DNA from: Candidatus Nanohaloarchaea archaeon
GTDB lineage: Archaea; Nanohalarchaeota; Nanosalinia; Nanosalinales; Nanosalinaceae
Direction: 5' to 3'
Length of the DNA: 15,708 bases
Assembly: GCA_042217695.1 (NCBI GenBank)
Contig: JBDGSE010000040.1
Coordinates: forward strand, 1 to 15,708
Shown one piece after another: positions 1 through 8,491 of this stretch; position 1 is the stretch's first letter, and the number at the start of each line of letters is the position of its first letter. A program made the translations under genes and the position numbers. A model generated the notes under the pieces. That model had not been told where the DNA came from. It saw nothing but the letters and a program-made list of their open reading frames with translations, and searched no databases.

Positions 1-1279
1 CCTCTTCTATACCGCGGGACATCAGGTAGTGTATCTCGTCGTCTCCAATCTTTCCGACGGTGGCCTCGTGCGCGACATCTACATCGTCCTCTTTAAGCTC
101 GATGTATGGTTCCGTGTCGGAAGTCGCCTCCTCGTCGAACATCAGTGCGTCGCACTCTATCGAGGTCTTGGAGCCCGAGGCACCTTCTGCTACTCTTACA
201 AGACCTCTGTAGTTCGTTCTCCCGCTTTCCTGGGAGATGGACTTGGATTCGATGGTCGAGGAGGTGTTCGGCGCGTTGTGGACGACCTTTGCTCCCGTGT
301 CGATGTTCTGGTCCTCGCCGGCGAACGCGATGGATATGTGGTTCGCCCGTGCGCCCTCGCCGTTGAGGTGCGAGGAGGGGTACAGCATCGTTACTTTCGA
401 GCCCATGGAGCCGGAGACCCATTCCATGGTGCCGTTTTTCTCGACCTTTGCTCTCTTGGTATTGAGGTTGTACGTGTTCTTGCTCCAGTTCTGGACCGTT
501 GAGTACTGTACATGGGCGTTCTCTCCGACGAATACTTCCACAACTCCGGAGTGCAGGTTGTGCTGGCCGTATGTCGGCGCGGAGCATCCCTCTATGTAGT
601 GGACCTTCGAGTTCTCCTCCGCGATTATCAGTGTGTGCTCGAACTGGCCCATGCCCCGGGAGTTCATCCGGAAGTAGGCCTGGACCGGTATCTCTACTTC
701 GACGCCTTCGGGGACGTAGACGAACGAGCCGCCGCTCCAGACCGCGCCGTGCAGGGCCGAGAACTTGTTGTCCTGCGGTGGGACTCCCCGGGTCATGAAG
801 TATTCCTTAACGAGTTCCGGGTGTTCCTTGACGGCCCGGTCCATGTCCATGAATATTACTCCTTTCTCCTCCCATTCCTCCTTCATGTTCTGGTAGACGA
901 CCTGTGACTCGTACTGTGCGCCTACACCTGAGAGAGCCTCTTTCTCGGCTTCGGGTATCCCGAGCCTGTCGAAGGTATCCCTTATGTCCTCCGGGACATC
1001 GTCCCAGTCGTTTGACTGCTCGGCGTCGGGTTTCAGGTAAGGTGTTATGGAATCGAAGTCCAGCTCTGAGAGGTCGGGCCCCCAGTCGGGCGTCGGCTTC
1101 TTTTTGAAGTGCCGGAAAGCTTTGAGCCGTTTCTTTTTCATCCACTCCGGTTCGTCCTTCTCCTCGGAGATCTGTTCTATCACTTCTCTGGAAAGGCCGC
1201 GGTCAGCGCGGAAAACGGCGCGTTCCTCGTTCCGGTGGTCGAACTTTTCCTGACTCTTCTCTATCTTTTCCTCTGACAT
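1..1279 (-). CDS. sufB: Fe-S cluster assembly protein SufB (3' end lies beyond the window start)
   Basis: Hand translation from ATG 1279: MSEEKIEKSQEKFDHRNEERAVFRADRGLSREVIEQISEEKDEPEWM...DWDDVPEDIRDTFDRLGIPEAE...GVGAQYES...DNKFSALHGAVWSGGSFVYVP...GQFEHTLII...HYIEGCSAP...LHSGVVEV...YSTVQNWS...ECDALM...HEATVGKI...YLMSRG, all typical SufB motifs. The frame stays open to base 1, so it is missing from the ORF track. Confidence 0.97.
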   Translation of the reverse strand, partial: MSEEKIEKSQEKFDHRNEERAVFRADRGLSREVIEQISEEKDEPEWMKKKRLKAFRHFKKKPTPDWGPDLSELDFDSITPYLKPDAEQSNDWDDVPEDIRDTFDRLGIPEAEKEALSGVGAQYESQVVYQNMKEEWEEKGVIFMDMDRAVKEHPELVKEYFMTRGVPPQDNKFSALHGAVWSGGSFVYVPEGVEVEIPVQAYFRMNSRGMGQFEHTLIIAEENSKVHYIEGCSAPTYGQHNLHSGVVEVFVGENAHVQYSTVQNWSKNTYNLNTKRAKVEKNGTMEWVSGSMGSKVTMLYPSSHLNGEGARANHISIAFAGEDQNIDTGAKVVHNAPNTSSTIESKSISQESGRTNYRGLVRVAEGASGSKTSIECDALMFDEEATSDTEPYIELKEDDVDVAHEATVGKIGDDEIHYLMSRGIEE

Positions 1280-1282
1280 AAT

Positions 1283-1304
1283 AGTTTTAGGCGAGCCTAA
1301 AACT
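1283..1304. promoter_or_regulatory. Palindromic operator, DtxR/IdeR/Idr-type metal box, between TATA and sufB start
   Basis: AGTTTTAGGC-GA-GCCTAAAACT: perfect 10-bp arms (1283-1292, 1295-1304). Core TTAGGC-N2-GCCTAA resembles DtxR-family boxes. Minus-strand TTTAAA at 1309-1304 lies 25-30 nt upstream of the ATG. Confidence 0.75.
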
Positions 1305-1318
1305 TTAAACCGTGTCTG

Positions 1319-2248
1319 TTACTGGACCATCGGATCGTCTCCAGGATCGAGTTCCGCTTCCACGGGCTCCAGTCCCGAGGTGTAGCTCTCGATAAAATCT
1401 GCGGTCGCATCGAATTCCTGGCCGTTCTCCACCAGGTAGGTGAGCGCAACGTGTGAGGGCAGCTTTACCGCGTTTTCCTCTCCAAGGTAGAACGCGGGCT
1501 TCTGCCCGTTTAATGCGCCGGTCAAAGGCAGTTCCTGGTCCTCTATCATCACGGATGCTATCCTCGGCGCATCCATGAAGTCGTCGTGTCCGCTCTCGGA
1601 CTGGTTGATGACGTAGGATGGTGGAGGTCCTGCGAGATAGTCTCCGTTTTCTAGCGCCTGGTAGAGGCTGTCCATTGCCTTCTCCCTCAGTGCGCGGCCT
1701 CTTCCCGAATTGGGTATGGTGACATCTTCGAACTCCAGAGTGGCCACTGTACGGCCCTTGACGTTCTCGTAACCCGTGTCTGTGAGTTTCCTCGAGGTAT
1801 CGCCCGTTATCTCGGACGTCTCCGGTTCGACGTCCCTGAGACTGAGGTCCATCCACTGCTGTATCTCTTCCGGGTCGTAGCTGTCCCTGTAGGCATGAGA
1901 GTCGCCTTTCCACAGGGTAGTTCCTTCGCCGGTCATGCTGAAGAATATGCCTGTAGCAGGGGATGTAGGCCCGCTGGCGTCGTTAACCTCTATCAGGTTC
2001 TGGAAACGCTGTCTATCGGTGTCGCCCTTGTCTTTTGCCAGGAAGTAGGTGGTGACGTCGGCCTCCGGCACCAGCTCTGAGAGTGCATCGCTGTACGGTG
2101 TGGAATTGGCGGGAAACTCCTGGGCCAGCGTGAGGTCTCTGTAGAGCTGTCTCCCCTCTTTTGTGGCGGGAAAACTGAAAGGTATCTTTTCCTCCTCTTC
2201 CAGCATGATTTTGATGTCATTACCCGTTACATACTTTGCCTCGACCAT
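1319..2248 (-). CDS. Hypothetical acidic protein, 309 aa
   Basis: Long ORF with D/E-rich composition like its neighbours; AT-rich TATA-like stretch at ~2268-2279 upstream; no family recognised. Confidence 0.8.
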   Translation of the reverse strand: MVEAKYVTGNDIKIMLEEEEKIPFSFPATKEGRQLYRDLTLAQEFPANSTPYSDALSELVPEADVTTYFLAKDKGDTDRQRFQNLIEVNDASGPTSPATGIFFSMTGEGTTLWKGDSHAYRDSYDPEEIQQWMDLSLRDVEPETSEITGDTSRKLTDTGYENVKGRTVATLEFEDVTIPNSGRGRALREKAMDSLYQALENGDYLAGPPPSYVINQSESGHDDFMDAPRIASVMIEDQELPLTGALNGQKPAFYLGEENAVKLPSHVALTYLVENGQEFDATADFIESYTSGLEPVEAELDPGDDPMVQ

Positions 2249-2288
2249 CGGGTTGTTATGGGTCAGAAATAAATTTAACTGTGGGTTT

Positions 2289-2681
2289 TCATCCCTGGTT
2301 CTTCAGCTCCGAGGAGGAGTAATCCTGTTCTGAACCGATCCGTTCCACCCTCACTTCATGGCCGGTGGCCGACTCCGCCATCTCTTTTACCTCTCCCGGG
2401 GAATGTCCCTGGTCGTATCCAAGGGTTATAACGTCCGGGTTTACGTCCTCCACGGTCGAGTATATGTCGCCCTCGGAGCCGAGTAACGCCTGGTCAACCA
2501 TTTCAAGGGAGGCGACCAGTTCCCGGCGTTCGCTCTCGTCGAAGTAGAGTTCCCGGTCAAGCCGGGAGTCGCGGGCTATCACCACGATAAGTTTGTCCCC
2601 GAGTTTCCTGGATTCACGAAGGTAGTAAAGGTGTCCCGGGTGCAGCACGTCGAATACACCCTGTGCCATAACGGTTTCCAT
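2289..2681 (-). CDS. ribL: FAD synthase RibL (cytidylyltransferase-like HxGH family), 130 aa
   Basis: METVMAQGVFDVLHPGHLYYL...LIVVIARD...ERRELVASLEMVD...PDVITLGYDQ...YSSS. Start moved from the track's 2717 to ATG 2681. Confidence 0.85.
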   Translation of the reverse strand: METVMAQGVFDVLHPGHLYYLRESRKLGDKLIVVIARDSRLDRELYFDESERRELVASLEMVDQALLGSEGDIYSTVEDVNPDVITLGYDQGHSPGEVKEMAESATGHEVRVERIGSEQDYSSSELKNQG

Positions 2682-2750
2682 TATGGTTGGGTATTGGGCC
2701 TCCAGCTTCAAAAGCAACCTGTATAAGTTTTTGTCATCTAACAGTTAACT

Positions 2751-3281
2751 ATGAGTCCCGGCGGGTACCGCAAGGAAATCGAGGAAGGTTCGAACCCATC
2801 CGCGCTGAGGCGTTTCGGGGATGTACTGGAGGAGGCTGCAGAGAGATATGCCAGAGAATATCCCGGAGAGGTGGAAGTGTCCTTCCAGGGGCCTCTTGTC
2901 CATGTCTTCCCCGGTCCAGCCGCCGGCACCGATGTCTCCAACTATTCCAGTTACCGTATTGAGAGCGAACACGGATGGGAGATGGATGTGAGGGTCGAGC
3001 TTGTGGACCATCCCTACCATGTGGACGAGCTGATGCAGGACGGGAAGCTCGACCTGGATGCCTACATCGACGCTTTCAGGAGTTTCGACCCCGAGGAGAC
3101 CAGGACGCGGGAGGCCAGGTTCTCGCTGGAGACCGATGGCCACGGATTCGACGAGGAGGAGCTGGACCGCTGGTTCGCCTTTAACCAGCGGCTTGAGGAC
3201 ATCCTGGAGCCTGAAGACTCCACTACCAGGAACAGTGTGGACTATATCTACATGTTCGACCTGATGGATACCAGGGATTGA
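2751..3281 (+). CDS. Hypothetical acidic protein, 176 aa
   Basis: D/E-rich ORF with GC-rich third codon positions; TATAAG at 2722-2727; divergent from ribL. Confidence 0.8.
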   Translation: MSPGGYRKEIEEGSNPSALRRFGDVLEEAAERYAREYPGEVEVSFQGPLVHVFPGPAAGTDVSNYSSYRIESEHGWEMDVRVELVDHPYHVDELMQDGKLDLDAYIDAFRSFDPEETRTREARFSLETDGHGFDEEELDRWFAFNQRLEDILEPEDSTTRNSVDYIYMFDLMDTRD

Positions 3282-3352
3282 CCGGTTCGGAATGGGTCGA
3301 TTCCAGGAATGTTGCCGAACAATTAATAATCGGTTATCAATTTACTCATTAC

Positions 3353-3676
3353 ATGGCGACCGCCTCGTTCTGGACTGAGATTATACTGGTGTTCAGTGCC
3401 ATCCTGAACGCCGTGGTTATATATCCTGTATACAGGAAGCTTGTGGCTCGCGAGCAGACAAACATGGCCAGCTTCCATCTGAATCCGGAGGCCGTGTTCC
3501 TGGACTTCAAGATATTTTTCCTCGCCGTTCTGATGTTTATGGTTTCCACGTCCATGCTTTTCTACGGGGCGTTCCTGGGCAACGCAGGTCTTGTACTGGC
3601 AGGTAATGTGCTTTCGCTTGTATCGAGTTTCATACCGCTCGCGGTCTTCATAAGGTGGTGGAGGAGGTTCAGATGA
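3353..3676 (+). CDS. Small membrane protein, ~3 TM helices, 107 aa
   Basis: ATG 3353 preferred over the track's 3278 because AATTAATAAT (3321-3330) sits at TATA distance; three hydrophobic segments and a basic tail (RWWRRFR). Confidence 0.75.
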   Translation: MATASFWTEIILVFSAILNAVVIYPVYRKLVAREQTNMASFHLNPEAVFLDFKIFFLAVLMFMVSTSMLFYGAFLGNAGLVLAGNVLSLVSSFIPLAVFIRWWRRFR

Positions 3677-4008
3677 CGGCTCTTGCTACTCCGGATAACC
3701 TGCTTAGAGTGGTCGTCGAACTGGAGCTTCTGGTCGCCATCTACTACAACTACGCGATTCTCAGGAACATGAACAGAGACCTCGAGTACTCGGCGACCCG
3801 GATATTTCTCAGTCCCAAGTCGGTAAAAGGTATCAAGGTAGTTCTGCTGACTCTCCTGGCTTACTCGGTGCTGAATACGGTGGTAGTGTTCCAGTTACAG
3901 GGAGAGATGAGAGACTTCGTCCTCAAGCTGATAATACTCGGGCTGTTCGGAGGTCTGACGTACTTTTTCCGGCAGATAGCCTCTGTTACTGCGAAAAGAG
4001 CAGGATAG
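3673..4008 (+). CDS. Small membrane protein, ~3 TM helices, 111 aa; probable paralogue of the upstream gene
   Basis: ATGA overlap with the upstream stop (3673-3676), GGAGGAGG SD just before; three hydrophobic segments and a basic tail. Confidence 0.78.
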   Translation: MTALATPDNLLRVVVELELLVAIYYNYAILRNMNRDLEYSATRIFLSPKSVKGIKVVLLTLLAYSVLNTVVVFQLQGEMRDFVLKLIILGLFGGLTYFFRQIASVTAKRAG

Positions 4009-4042
4009 AACGGTCTGGCTGTTCGTTCCGTGGAGAACTCTC

Positions 4043-5911
4043 CTAGCTGCTGAAGAAATCTCCGATCTCTTTCCAGGGCGCCCGGGTCTGTTCCAGGGTG
4101 ATTCCTGGAGGGAAGACCTTCCTGTAGTTGCTCCAGTCGTATCTCTCGTCCATGTAGACCACCACTCCCTCATCGTCTCTTGAGCGTATAACACGGCCTG
4201 CGGCCTGTATAGCCCGGTTCATCGCAGGGTAGCTGTAGCCGTAGTCCCAGCCCTTGTTGAACTTGTAGTCGTAGAAGTTGATGAGGCCCTTTGTCTCCAG
4301 GTCCGGTCTCTGTAACGGCAGCCCGACTATGAAGGCAGCCTTCAGTATGTCGCCGGGGTAGTCCACTCCCTCTCCGAAGCTTCCCGCGATAACCCCCAGT
4401 AGAACTGCGCCCTTGTCTTTTTTCGAGGCGAACTTGTTCAGGAGCGCTCTCTTCTCCTCCTTGTTCATGTCGCGCTCCTCCACCAGTACATCCCTGTCGG
4501 TCCGGTCCTCAAGCATGTCGGCGATACGGTGCATCATCTTGTAGCTTGGGAAGAAGACGCCCGCGTTGCCGGGAACTGCCTCGAAGGATTTCGCAAGGTA
4601 CCAGGCATACTTCTGGTACATGGAGTCGTCTCGCTCCGAGTACTTCGTGGTCAGTGTATCCACCATCAGGTTCAGCTGGTTCTCATCTGGGAAGGGAGAG
4701 CTGTAAGCCAGTTTCCTGGTGTTGTCGGGCTTCAGTCCGAGTAAATCGACGTACATCTTTTGAGGGGTGAGCGTTCCTGACATCATTACACTGGCGTGGG
4801 CCTCTGTCAGCGGTTCCCTTGTGGAGATCTGGGGGTCGAGACAGGAGTACTTTATCTGTATGTACCGGTTGCCGCTGGAGGAGCGCGTCCGTTTTATAAC
4901 CCGGAAAAACCCGTTGTCGCGGCCGTTCCACTCGTCCAGGAACTCTGCGATACCTCCGCAGTAGGATTTCTCCTGTTCGTCTCTTACCTCCGAGGCGATG
5001 GTTTCAAGGTCGACTATGAACTCCTCGTACTCCTTGAAATTGCTGACGGCCTGTTTCAGCTCTTTTTTCTCGAGTTTTACCTCGTGGTCGCCACTCTCGA
5101 ACTTGTCCGCGGCCAGGGAACGCACTGCATCTCTCAGCTGTTCCAGGTTTTCCTCGGCGTCGTAGAAACCGAATTTTTCGGCCTCGGTTATCGCCCGGTC
5201 TATCTGTGGCAGGGACAGGGAGTATGAGAACAGAGAGCGGGTCCGCGAGGGAAGGTTGTGGGCCTCGTCGACTACCAGTATGGTGTCCTCGATCTGGACT
5301 CCTGCTTTCTCGAATATGTTTTCGCGGACGCCCGGGTGGAAGATGTGGAAGTAATCCGCTATTATGAGGTCGGCCCGTTGTGAGAGCTCCATCATCATGT
5401 AGTAGGGGCAGAACTGGGGGGTCGCGGCCTTGAAATCCTCGGAATGCATCGGCTTGCCCTCCAGCTGGTCGAGACGGTCTTTCGCCTCATCCTTCAGTTT
5501 ATGTTCATCCATGTCGTACATGGCCGTGTAGAAGTCACACCGTTCTTCGTCTCGCAGGGTCTGGCAGTAATCCTTGAAGTCGCCAGAGGTCATGTCCTCG
5601 ACGCCGTCTATGTTGCAGAGCCATTTCTTCCCTATCAGGTCCACGACTGTCAACTCCTCGCCGTGGCGTTCCTGCATCTGCTGGACGGTCTCCACCGCTA
5701 TCTCGTGTTGTGAGTGACGGGGCGTCAGAAAGAAGACCTTCTTGTTGTTCTCCCTGGCGTACTCCAGCGCAGGAGTGAGTGTGGCGGCGGTCTTTCCCAG
5801 CCCGGTCGGTGCATGTGCGACCACGCTCTCCCCGTTTTTTATCGCTTTCCGGACCTCCTGCATCATGTCGTCCTGTTTGTCGCGAACCTCGCTGAACGGG
5901 AAGAGATCCAT
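4043..5911 (-). CDS. xpd: XPD/Rad3-family SF2 DNA helicase with 4Fe-4S domain
   Basis: Q-motif (RDKQ), Walker A APTGLGKT, four Cys (WLCN, DYCQ, ERCDFY, FCPYY), DEAHN, SGTL, FFPSY, EGVD, QAAGRVIR. Confidence 0.93.
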   Translation of the reverse strand: MDLFPFSEVRDKQDDMMQEVRKAIKNGESVVAHAPTGLGKTAATLTPALEYARENNKKVFFLTPRHSQHEIAVETVQQMQERHGEELTVVDLIGKKWLCNIDGVEDMTSGDFKDYCQTLRDEERCDFYTAMYDMDEHKLKDEAKDRLDQLEGKPMHSEDFKAATPQFCPYYMMMELSQRADLIIADYFHIFHPGVRENIFEKAGVQIEDTILVVDEAHNLPSRTRSLFSYSLSLPQIDRAITEAEKFGFYDAEENLEQLRDAVRSLAADKFESGDHEVKLEKKELKQAVSNFKEYEEFIVDLETIASEVRDEQEKSYCGGIAEFLDEWNGRDNGFFRVIKRTRSSSGNRYIQIKYSCLDPQISTREPLTEAHASVMMSGTLTPQKMYVDLLGLKPDNTRKLAYSSPFPDENQLNLMVDTLTTKYSERDDSMYQKYAWYLAKSFEAVPGNAGVFFPSYKMMHRIADMLEDRTDRDVLVEERDMNKEEKRALLNKFASKKDKGAVLLGVIAGSFGEGVDYPGDILKAAFIVGLPLQRPDLETKGLINFYDYKFNKGWDYGYSYPAMNRAIQAAGRVIRSRDDEGVVVYMDERYDWSNYRKVFPPGITLEQTRAPWKEIGDFFSS

Positions 5912-5992
5912 ATCATTACCGGGGCAACGAACCGTTTTAAGACATGCCCCTCGATAGAGGAGTTTTTAAAGTCTGGAGGCTAAAACCTCTCT

Positions 5993-6961
5993 ATGGGCTG
6001 GTATGCGCTTGAGATAATAGAAGATGCGCTTGAAGACACCCGTGAGCTCCTGTTTCCGTTCAACTGGAAGATCTGGGGCAAGGTAGCGGTAATAGCGTTT
6101 TTTGCCGGGGGATTTGGTGCTCCTGGACTGCCGTCCTCGTTCCCCTCAGACTCCCGGGGTCAGGACAGCTTTAACTACGATACTGCCGGCACAAGTTACA
6201 CGGGTTCGTACCAGCATATGATGCCGGATATGCCGACGGGGGTCCCGGTGACAGGTATGGTGACCGCCGCCTCCGGTGTATCGAACGCGCTGCTTTTGCT
6301 CGCCGGCCTGGTTCTGTTCGGCTTTATCCTCTTGTTCGGGTTCCTGGGTGCGGTATTCAGTTTTGTCTACTACCAGTCCCTGCTTGACGGCGACGTCCAG
6401 ATAAGGAAGAACTTCAGCCGCCACTTTGGGAAGGGTGTGAGGCTGTTTGGCTTCCGGGCAGGGTTGACCCTGTTGATGCTGGCCGTTTTCGCGGCTGTCC
6501 TCATAGGCGCGTTCTCTGCACCACTGTTCGGTGTGATGGCGCTGCTGGCTATCATCCCGCTGCTACTGGTCTTCGGGGTTTTCATGGGTCTGACCAGTCA
6601 GTTCATACCGCTGGTGATGATGGAGTCCGGTAAAGGCGTTATAGCTTCCTGGAGACAGTTCTGGCCCACTGTCAGGGAGGAGTGGAGACAGCTCGGGCTG
6701 TACATAATAGTCAGGTTCTTCCTCCAGATGGGTGCCGGTGTGGTAACGATGCTGGCCGCCCTTGCTCTCGGTGTCGTGATGCTTGTACCCTTCGGACTGC
6801 TTGCGGTACTGTTCTACACGTTTGCAGAGGCGCTGGTTGTCATACCTTTCGTCCTCGGCATTTTCACGTTCCTGGCGGCGTTCTTCTACCTGGTGAACGG
6901 CCCGGTGCAGACCTACTTCAGGTTCTACGCCATCAGGATGTACCACGCCCTTACAGCGTGA
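5993..6961 (+). CDS. Polytopic membrane protein of a conserved haloarchaeal family (DUF7544-like)
   Basis: N-terminus MGWYALEIIEDALEDTRELLFPFNWKIWGKVAVIAFFAGG resembles this family from memory; 6-7 hydrophobic segments; TTTTTAAAG at 5963-5971. Confidence 0.8.
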   Translation: MGWYALEIIEDALEDTRELLFPFNWKIWGKVAVIAFFAGGFGAPGLPSSFPSDSRGQDSFNYDTAGTSYTGSYQHMMPDMPTGVPVTGMVTAASGVSNALLLLAGLVLFGFILLFGFLGAVFSFVYYQSLLDGDVQIRKNFSRHFGKGVRLFGFRAGLTLLMLAVFAAVLIGAFSAPLFGVMALLAIIPLLLVFGVFMGLTSQFIPLVMMESGKGVIASWRQFWPTVREEWRQLGLYIIVRFFLQMGAGVVTMLAALALGVVMLVPFGLLAVLFYTFAEALVVIPFVLGIFTFLAAFFYLVNGPVQTYFRFYAIRMYHALTA

Positions 6962-6967
6962 TTTTTT
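6962..6967 (+). terminator. Oligo-T archaeal terminator candidate
   Basis: T6 immediately after the TGA of the membrane-protein gene, in a convergent intergenic region. Confidence 0.45.
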
Positions 6968-7016
6968 CCCGGTATGTTTCGTGTTAGCTACTGCTCCAGA
7001 AAACGGGGGAGGGGGG

Positions 7017-7053
7017 TGATGCTACGGTTCAAAATCGTCGTACCGTAGCATCA
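7017..7053. repeat. Perfect 12-bp inverted repeat with 13-nt loop over the RHH stop codon
   Basis: TGATGCTACGGT (7017-7028) ... ACCGTAGCATCA (7042-7053). Confidence 0.85.
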
Positions 7054-7168
7054 GAAGGCGGACGGCTTCGTGGAAGGCATCAGTTCGGTCTTTGAACACT
7101 CCTTTCTCTACCATCTCGTCCAGTTTCTCGTTCAACCTGTCTGACAGCCTTACTGAAACAGTCGCCAT
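7022..7168 (-). CDS. Ribbon-helix-helix (CopG/Arc/MetJ; CdrS-like) transcription regulator, 48 aa
   Basis: Hand translation: MATVSVRLSDRLNEKLDEMVEKGVFKDRTDAFHEAVRLLMLRYDDFEP*. Alternating beta strand VSVRL, helix A, G-x-F-x-x-R-[ST]-[DE]-A turn, helix B ending AVR. TTATTTAAAAA upstream on the minus strand (7206-7196). Confidence 0.88.
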   Translation of the reverse strand: MATVSVRLSDRLNEKLDEMVEKGVFKDRTDAFHEAVRLLMLRYDDFEP

Positions 7169-7175
7169 CCATCTC

Positions 7176-7236
7176 GTAATACAAATAGAAGGTTGTTTTT
7201 AAATAACTTCTCATTTTGTAATACGATGGTATTACA
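7176..7236. promoter_or_regulatory. GTATTAC/GTAATAC boxes flanking the RHH promoter (candidate autoregulatory operator)
   Basis: GTAATAC at 7176-7182 and palindrome TGTAATAC-GATG-GTATTACA at 7217-7236. Confidence 0.6.
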
Positions 7237-8419
7237 TTTGGGTGTAGTTGGCGAGGCTGGACTGCCGGGCCTGCAGCATCCTGACCTCCTGTCTAAGCCG
7301 GGAGTAGAGGAATTTGAACCTGTTGCCTATCATCATCTTCACGTCCCGGAAGGAGTCGACTTCCTTGCCGTCTCCGAAAGCGTTCCTGACAGTCTCCCGT
7401 ATAACCCATACCCCGAGCGGAGCCCAGTACTCTGGCTTGACTTCTCTCAAAACGAGAGCCTTTGCCTGTCTTCTCCTCGATTCCAGGTGTTCCAGGATGC
7501 CCAGGCGGGTGGCGTAGTAGGCGCCGGCAGTCTCCTCGGCGTATTCGGTGCGGCCTGAGAAACCCTCGTAGTTCTCGGCGATGTACGTGTTAGCCGCGGC
7601 GTTCCATACTGAACCCGGACGCTTCATCTCGGTGAGTTCATATTCCCAGCGTCCAGGTATCAGGAAGATGTGGAACTCGTTGCCCACGTACTCGTTGTTG
7701 TAGTACTCTATCTGGCCGAGCTCCTGGTACTGTTTTACTCTCGATCTTAACTTTTTCGATACCATGTCGTCGGTCGCCGTTATACTCCAGCGAGTCGGCA
7801 CCAGTTTGCGGTTCTCCTCCTGGCCCAGCATGCCCGCGGACAGGGACTGCTGTATCCTGTATACGTCGACACCTTTGCCCGAGAGTTCTCTTATGATGTT
7901 CTCTGCCCTGGCGTCCGTGTCGTAATACGCCTTCTCCACCTGCCTGTTCACGGAGGGGTTCTCCGTTAGATTGAACTGTTCCACGTCTCCCGAGGCGGAG
8001 ACAGGCTTTACACGTCCGCCCGAGATGCTGGCGCCCGGTCTTTTATCAAGCGAGACCTCGATGTCCACAGGTTTCCGGGCCATCGCTATCTCCTGCGTGT
8101 TTTCGGTGAACCTGTCCGTGTTCTGTACCCGTGTAGGCTTCTTCGAGTTTACAAGGGAGGTCCTCAGGGACGCGACTTTTTCGATGTTGTAGCCCTCCTG
8201 GTACCAGTCCGCCGGGGAATCCATCAGCGAGGAATCGCCGGGATGTTGCGGCGAGAGGACGCCGGTGTTCACCTTGGGATAGTTGTGCGAGCCTATGAAA
8301 ACGCTGGGAGGCGAGGCGCCCTGGAAATCTTTCCGCTGCTGTGTGACCGGCATTACCTCTTCCAGCTTCCTCTTTGCCTCCTTGGGGGATACCCCTTTCG
8401 CCAGTTTTCCGTAGCCCAT
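7232..8419 (-). CDS. nreA: Nre-family DNA repair protein with C-terminal PIP box
   Basis: G.SPPSVFIG..NYPKVN.G.L.P, SLRTSLV, RKLVPTRWSITATDD, PGRWEYEL.E, YEGF.GRT.YA..TAGAYYA.RL..LEHL....RQA..LVLRE....YWAPLGVW.IRE.VRNA; tail QSSLANY. Confidence 0.92.
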   Translation of the reverse strand: MGYGKLAKGVSPKEAKRKLEEVMPVTQQRKDFQGASPPSVFIGSHNYPKVNTGVLSPQHPGDSSLMDSPADWYQEGYNIEKVASLRTSLVNSKKPTRVQNTDRFTENTQEIAMARKPVDIEVSLDKRPGASISGGRVKPVSASGDVEQFNLTENPSVNRQVEKAYYDTDARAENIIRELSGKGVDVYRIQQSLSAGMLGQEENRKLVPTRWSITATDDMVSKKLRSRVKQYQELGQIEYYNNEYVGNEFHIFLIPGRWEYELTEMKRPGSVWNAAANTYIAENYEGFSGRTEYAEETAGAYYATRLGILEHLESRRRQAKALVLREVKPEYWAPLGVWVIRETVRNAFGDGKEVDSFRDVKMMIGNRFKFLYSRLRQEVRMLQARQSSLANYTQM

Positions 8420-8491
8420 ATGTGATGTTTGTAGAGTGAAAGATTTGTAACCGGGGGTTCCAGGAGTGTTACTGGGTCAGGAAGTTGGGAA

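Noticed and set aside
29..1253. Numerous plus-strand and off-frame ORFs in the track
   Set aside because: Shadows of sufB, whose minus-strand frame is continuous and full of family motifs.
5920..5990. Short inverted repeats (GGGGCA/TGCCCC; CCTC/GAGG) and a GCTAAAAC half-site in the xpd divergent promoter
   Set aside because: Arms of 4-6 bp are expected by chance, and the second half of a DtxR-like box is missing.
7022..7168. Toxin-antitoxin module around the RHH gene
   Set aside because: No adjacent PIN- or RelE-like ORF; flanks are nreA and a convergent membrane gene.
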